NCBI GenBank assembly: GCA_041690595.1 | Contig: JAWLHB010000041.1 | Span: 55,409-75,408, forward strand | From: Lentisphaeria bacterium | GTDB lineage: Bacteria; Verrucomicrobiota; Lentisphaeria; JABSQK01; JAWLHB01 | Direction: 5' to 3' | DNA length: 20,000 bases | In this document: positions 16,169-20,000 of the stretch, one piece after another | Position numbering within the stretch: the first letter of the stretch is position 1 | How the letters are laid out: the number at the start of each line of letters is the position of its first letter | Translations under genes and position numbers: made by a program | Notes under the pieces: generated by a model | Database searches by the model: none | Told to the model about the DNA's origin: nothing | The model's input: only the letters and a program-made list of their open reading frames with translations

Positions 16169-17209
16169 TCAGGCTATCGTCACTTCGCCACCCTGCTCCG
16201 CTGAAAGATAGATCGCATCGATCATCTTCTGGATCGCCAGCCCATCTTCGGCTGGAGACTCCGTCGGCTTGTTGTACAATGCCGTATCGACAAAGGCGCG
16301 CATCTTCCGCTCGAAGTAGTCGTACGTCGGCAGATAGGCCGGTGTCTTGTCGATCATGTAGCCATGCTCATCGGCGTGAATGGCCAGATTCTCGAAGTCC
16401 GCTCCGCCCTTCTCGCCCATGAAGGTGAAGTTCCACGTATCCTTGACGTGTGCGGCAAAGGAGGCCTCCACCTGCATGACCGCGCCATTCTCGAAGCGGA
16501 TCTGACCCACCGCCAGGTCTTCCACCGTGTACGTCTTGTGGTCCCAGTTCGGCCACATGCACGCCACGTCGCTGGGCCGGTTGCCGATATACTGGTAGGT
16601 ATGACCGCTCGCCGCGACCGGCTTCGGCCGGCCCATGACATAATGCGCCATTTCCATGATGTGCACCCCAATGTCAATCAGCGGGCCGCCACCCTGCAGC
16701 TCCTTCTGCCCGAAGACCCCCCAGTTCGGAATGCCGCGCCGCCGCAGCGCCGAACAGCGCATGTACATGATGTCGCCGAAGTGCCCGTCTTCCACCGTCT
16801 TCTTCAGGAACTGCGCCTTCGCGTGGTAGCGCCACTGAAACGCAATGACCAGCTCCTTGCCGGCTGCCTTTGCCGCCGCCAGCATCGCCGTTCCTTCCTG
16901 CGCGTTCATCGCCAGCGGCTTCTCCACCAGCACATGGCAGCCCGCCTTCAGGGCTCCAATGCTGTGCTCCGCGTGCATGCCGTTTGGCGTGCAGACGCTC
17001 ACGGCATCCAGATCTTCCCTGACCAGCATCTCCTGCCAGTCCGCGTACAGCGTCTTGACCCCATGCTCACTTTGCGCCTGCTTCAGGCCGGCTTCGTTTA
17101 CATCGCTGGCGGCCACCAGTTCCACGTCATCAAACCCTTTCAGGTGACGCATTTGCGTACGCCCGATTCCCCCGGCACCAATGAACCCGATTCGCAGCTT
17201 CTTCTTCAT
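16169..17209 (-). CDS. Gfo/Idh/MocA family NAD(P)-dependent oxidoreductase
   Basis: RIGFIGAGGIG, VSVCTPN..H, HVLVEKP and GGGPLIDIGVH motifs; AAAGGAAAAGG upstream of the ATG at 17209. Confidence 0.93.
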   Translation of the reverse strand: MKKKLRIGFIGAGGIGRTQMRHLKGFDDVELVAASDVNEAGLKQAQSEHGVKTLYADWQEMLVREDLDAVSVCTPNGMHAEHSIGALKAGCHVLVEKPLAMNAQEGTAMLAAAKAAGKELVIAFQWRYHAKAQFLKKTVEDGHFGDIMYMRCSALRRRGIPNWGVFGQKELQGGGPLIDIGVHIMEMAHYVMGRPKPVAASGHTYQYIGNRPSDVACMWPNWDHKTYTVEDLAVGQIRFENGAVMQVEASFAAHVKDTWNFTFMGEKGGADFENLAIHADEHGYMIDKTPAYLPTYDYFERKMRAFVDTALYNKPTESPAEDGLAIQKMIDAIYLSAEQGGEVTIA

Positions 17210-17412
17210 GACTGTACCTTTTCCTTTCTTGATTGCGGCGATCCGTCCGCACAGCAGGTGCGTCATCCGCGTCTCCCCGCTTCCCGCATAAGCTAATGCC
17301 TGGCACCTCGAAAGCACCTTCACTCCACAAAAACTCTCCCCTCTCCCACCGTTCTCCCCTGAGCATCCGCGTACAACCGCCATTCCGCCAACTCCGTGAT
17401 GTCGACTTGCGG

Positions 17413-17440
17413 TTGACTATCGATCACCTTTCGCTATCTT
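17413..17440 (+). promoter_or_regulatory. Candidate sigma70 promoter TTGACT-N16-TATCTT
   Basis: Located about 50 nt upstream of the ATG at 17490. Confidence 0.55.
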
Positions 17441-17489
17441 CTGGCAGAAGGTGCGAATATCAACCACACTGAACAAGGCGAGAAGATTC

Positions 17490-18002
17490 ATGAACAAGGG
17501 ATGCTTAAGCGGATGCGCCATCGTGGCTGGAGTCGTCGTCCTGGCTATTATCGGCGGTCTCATCTGGCTTGGAAGCGGGCCAGAAGGCGGCGTCAAGATG
17601 GTCAACGAGATGGATGAGTATGCCACCACCTACCTGGCTGAGCATAACATCCTCCAACCGGACGAAAAACTCATCGCCTACTACGATGCCACCATGGGCA
17701 TGACTGGCGAGGAAGCCGCCATTCTCACCGATCAGCGTGTCATCTACCATCGCAAGGGCGAAAACACCGTCTTCCTCCTCGAAGATATTGAGGATATACA
17801 GAGTGCGGACCAAGGTATCGTCGGTACGGTCATCGAAATCTATGATGAAGATACTGGCGCCACCATGAAGATCGAGATTGCCCCCCTCAACAGCGGCGCC
17901 TCCTTTGATCGCGCCCTCCGCAGGGCCTGGGCTGCCAAGACCGGCGCCACCACGCCTGAAGAACCCGAAGAGGAACCGACAGACCCAGTCTCAGCCCCTT
18001 GA
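17490..18002 (+). CDS. Single-pass membrane protein with an acidic, possibly PH-like soluble domain
   Basis: KGCLSGC followed by a TM helix. LQPDEKLIAYY...AILTDQRVIY..G....F.LEDIEDI resembles bacterial PH-domain patterns. Pro/Glu-rich tail. Confidence 0.75.
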   Translation: MNKGCLSGCAIVAGVVVLAIIGGLIWLGSGPEGGVKMVNEMDEYATTYLAEHNILQPDEKLIAYYDATMGMTGEEAAILTDQRVIYHRKGENTVFLLEDIEDIQSADQGIVGTVIEIYDEDTGATMKIEIAPLNSGASFDRALRRAWAAKTGATTPEEPEEEPTDPVSAP

Positions 18003-18012
18003 CGGCGATCCG

Positions 18013-19233
18013 TCAGGGATAGATGAGGTACTTGGCCCGCTGGCGCAGGAAGCTCTGTTGCAGCGGCTTCCAGCTGTCGACGATCTCGTTGATCGACTTG
18101 CCCTGCTGCAAGTGCGTGCGCACCGAGCTGGTGCCGTTGGCATTGTCGAAGCGCCGCAGATTCTCGGGATCCGCGGGCCACGTCATCTGCCGCGGATAAT
18201 TCAGCAGAAGATGCTGCAGGATGACGATCTCCGTGATGGAGGGAAAGAAGCGCGTCGGATCGGTCACGCGAATGAGAACGCAAGGGACCTGCTTGCCGCC
18301 GCGGTCGAGCGAGTGTGCCTGGAATCGTACCGCCGGAAGACCCCGCTGATTGAGGGCCTCGGCCATCTCCCGCGCATCCAGCCACGAAGCCCCCACAACC
18401 TGAAAGGCCAGCTCCGTCGAGATACCGATGTCGATCCCCGCCGTGCCAAGCGCCCCGATCGTCCCCGTTGCCGCGAAACAGACCGCCGACTCCGGATTCG
18501 GAATGTTGGGTGACGGCGCTATCCACGACAGACGCGTATCGTTCCACGACATGTCGCGCGTATACCCGCTCATCGGCACCACGACCAGGTGCGCCCCGAG
18601 ATCGTATTCCTTGTTGAACATGCGCGCCAGCTCACCCGCCGTCATCCCGTAGACCCGCGGGATCGGATGCACGCCCAGGAAAGACTTCCAGTGCGGTTCC
18701 GTCACCGGACCGTCGATGACCCGGCCGCCAAGCGGATTGGGCCGGTCCAGGACGATGAAGCTCTTTCCCGCCTTCCCCGCCGCTTCCAGCGAGTTGGCCA
18801 TCGTCCAGATGTAGGTATACGCCCGGCTGCCGACATCCTGCATGTCGTAGATGAGCACATCGATCTGGGCGAGCATCTCGGGTGTCGGCGCGCGTCCTTT
18901 GATGCCGTAGAGCGAAAGGATGGGCAGACCGGTCGCGCTGTCGCGCTCATCGTCCACCTTCTCCCCGGCCAGCACTTTGCCGCGGATGCCGTGCTCCGCC
19001 GCAAAGAGGGCGACAAGGTTGATCTGGGGATGCTGATGCAGAAGGTCGATCGTCGATACCCCCGCGGCGTCCCGTCCCGTCTGGTTGGTGATCAGCCCCA
19101 CGCGCTTGCCGGCCACAAGTTGCGTGTACCCCTTGAGAAAAACATCGAGCCCCAGTTGAAAGGTGGCAGCGTGAGTCGCCGGCGCCAGCAGCATAAGGAC
19201 CCCCATCGTTAGCCATGCAAATCTGCGATACAT
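18013..19233 (-). CDS. namZ: Exo-beta-N-acetylmuramidase NamZ family (DUF1343/YbbC, GH171), exported
   Basis: GKRVGLITNQTG, LFAAEHGIRG, SLYG, YDMQDVGSRAYTY, VLDRPNPLGG, GMTAGELA and W..PSPNIP motifs; signal peptide ending ATHA. Confidence 0.9.
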   Translation of the reverse strand: MYRRFAWLTMGVLMLLAPATHAATFQLGLDVFLKGYTQLVAGKRVGLITNQTGRDAAGVSTIDLLHQHPQINLVALFAAEHGIRGKVLAGEKVDDERDSATGLPILSLYGIKGRAPTPEMLAQIDVLIYDMQDVGSRAYTYIWTMANSLEAAGKAGKSFIVLDRPNPLGGRVIDGPVTEPHWKSFLGVHPIPRVYGMTAGELARMFNKEYDLGAHLVVVPMSGYTRDMSWNDTRLSWIAPSPNIPNPESAVCFAATGTIGALGTAGIDIGISTELAFQVVGASWLDAREMAEALNQRGLPAVRFQAHSLDRGGKQVPCVLIRVTDPTRFFPSITEIVILQHLLLNYPRQMTWPADPENLRRFDNANGTSSVRTHLQQGKSINEIVDSWKPLQQSFLRQRAKYLIYP

Positions 19234-19400
19234 GTTCTGCGCATCCACTAATCGTTTTGATCTGTTGCGAGGCAGGGGCCGCGCGACGGCACGAGCGACG
19301 CGCCCGCAGACAATCAATACCGCATCCCGGTGCGTATTGCAAGCGGAGTTCGAGGCGCTATCTTCTGATCAGTCACACAACTTCACGCAAGGAGGCATGG

Positions 19401-19712
19401 ATGAAGGGCAGGCAAAACAGGTTGAGCTTGGGTTTCATTGCAGGACTTCTCGGGGTAGCGCTTTACTTCTGGTGGATGACCGCCAATTACCCCGACTACG
19501 ATTTCACCATGCTGATCACATGGGGCGTTGTCCTCCTCGTCGCCTTCATTATTCTCAACCTCCTGCTGGCGGTTCTCCTCTGCCTGCTGGCGACCCCGGT
19601 CGTCCTGGTGCTCGCCCGCGGGGAGGAAGAGCTTCCCTACTGGCAGGCGGCCCGCGCTCGTTACCATCGCCTCTTTGCCATGGTCCTGCGCTACGTCCCC
19701 CTCGGCATCTGA
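19401..19712 (+). CDS. Small membrane protein of unknown function
   Basis: Strong RBS AAGGAGG (19389-19395), 2-3 hydrophobic segments, and codon usage matching neighbouring genes. Confidence 0.75.
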   Translation: MKGRQNRLSLGFIAGLLGVALYFWWMTANYPDYDFTMLITWGVVLLVAFIILNLLLAVLLCLLATPVVLVLARGEEELPYWQAARARYHRLFAMVLRYVPLGI

Positions 19713-20000
19713 CCAAAGCTGCTCAAGTAGCGTTGTCAGAATGGAATCGCGCCAGTTCTCGTTGGTTTCACTCATATTGTTGGTTTTACTGGTCAGTAAC
19801 ATCACAGTATAGCGTAAAGCCTATCCTGGGCACGCCACTCGCCTGAGTGGCTCCGCATTCGCTTCGTCCACAGTGGTCCATTCTTCCCATTCCCACTACC
19901 CGTCTAGCCCAACTTCAGCATAAGTGACGGCTGAAATGGCGATTTTTGAGCCTTTTGTGCGGACCACAGGCTCAAGCGGTTTCATTTCTGGCGAAATAGT

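Noticed and set aside
16364..17296. 310-aa plus-strand ORF
   Set aside because: Antisense to the Gfo/Idh/MocA gene.
1..20000. CRISPR arrays, tRNA/rRNA, IS elements, prophage or defence genes
   Set aside because: No regularly spaced repeats, cloverleaf motifs, transposase/integrase motifs or nuclease signatures were seen.

Overview
GC-rich bacterial chromosomal window (roughly 60-65% GC by eye) with about 19 intact protein-coding genes. I found no rRNA, tRNA, CRISPR array or mobile element. In order: proA; Zn-dependent MDR dehydrogenase; GH29 alpha-L-fucosidase; QW-repeat (prenyltransferase/squalene-cyclase-like) protein; a four-gene ECF sigma operon (exported protein, ECF sigma, ZAS anti-sigma, membrane protein); a GH13 enzyme; SpoIIAA-like (STAS/SEC14) protein; membrane sensor with a CxxC..HGICxxC tail; M20 amidohydrolase; two divergent alpha/beta hydrolases; a secreted trypsin-fold protein; Gfo/Idh/MocA oxidoreductase; a membrane-anchored protein; NamZ/DUF1343; a small membrane protein. 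The most interesting items are: (1) a stand-alone bacterial GH13 whose motifs resemble the transferase half of eukaryotic glycogen debranching enzyme; (2) a secreted trypsin-like protein with all three catalytic triad residues replaced, plus a tandem C-terminal domain; (3) a sigma54-type promoter followed directly by about 150-190 nt of hairpin-rich RNA. All family calls come from motif recognition by eye, not database searches.
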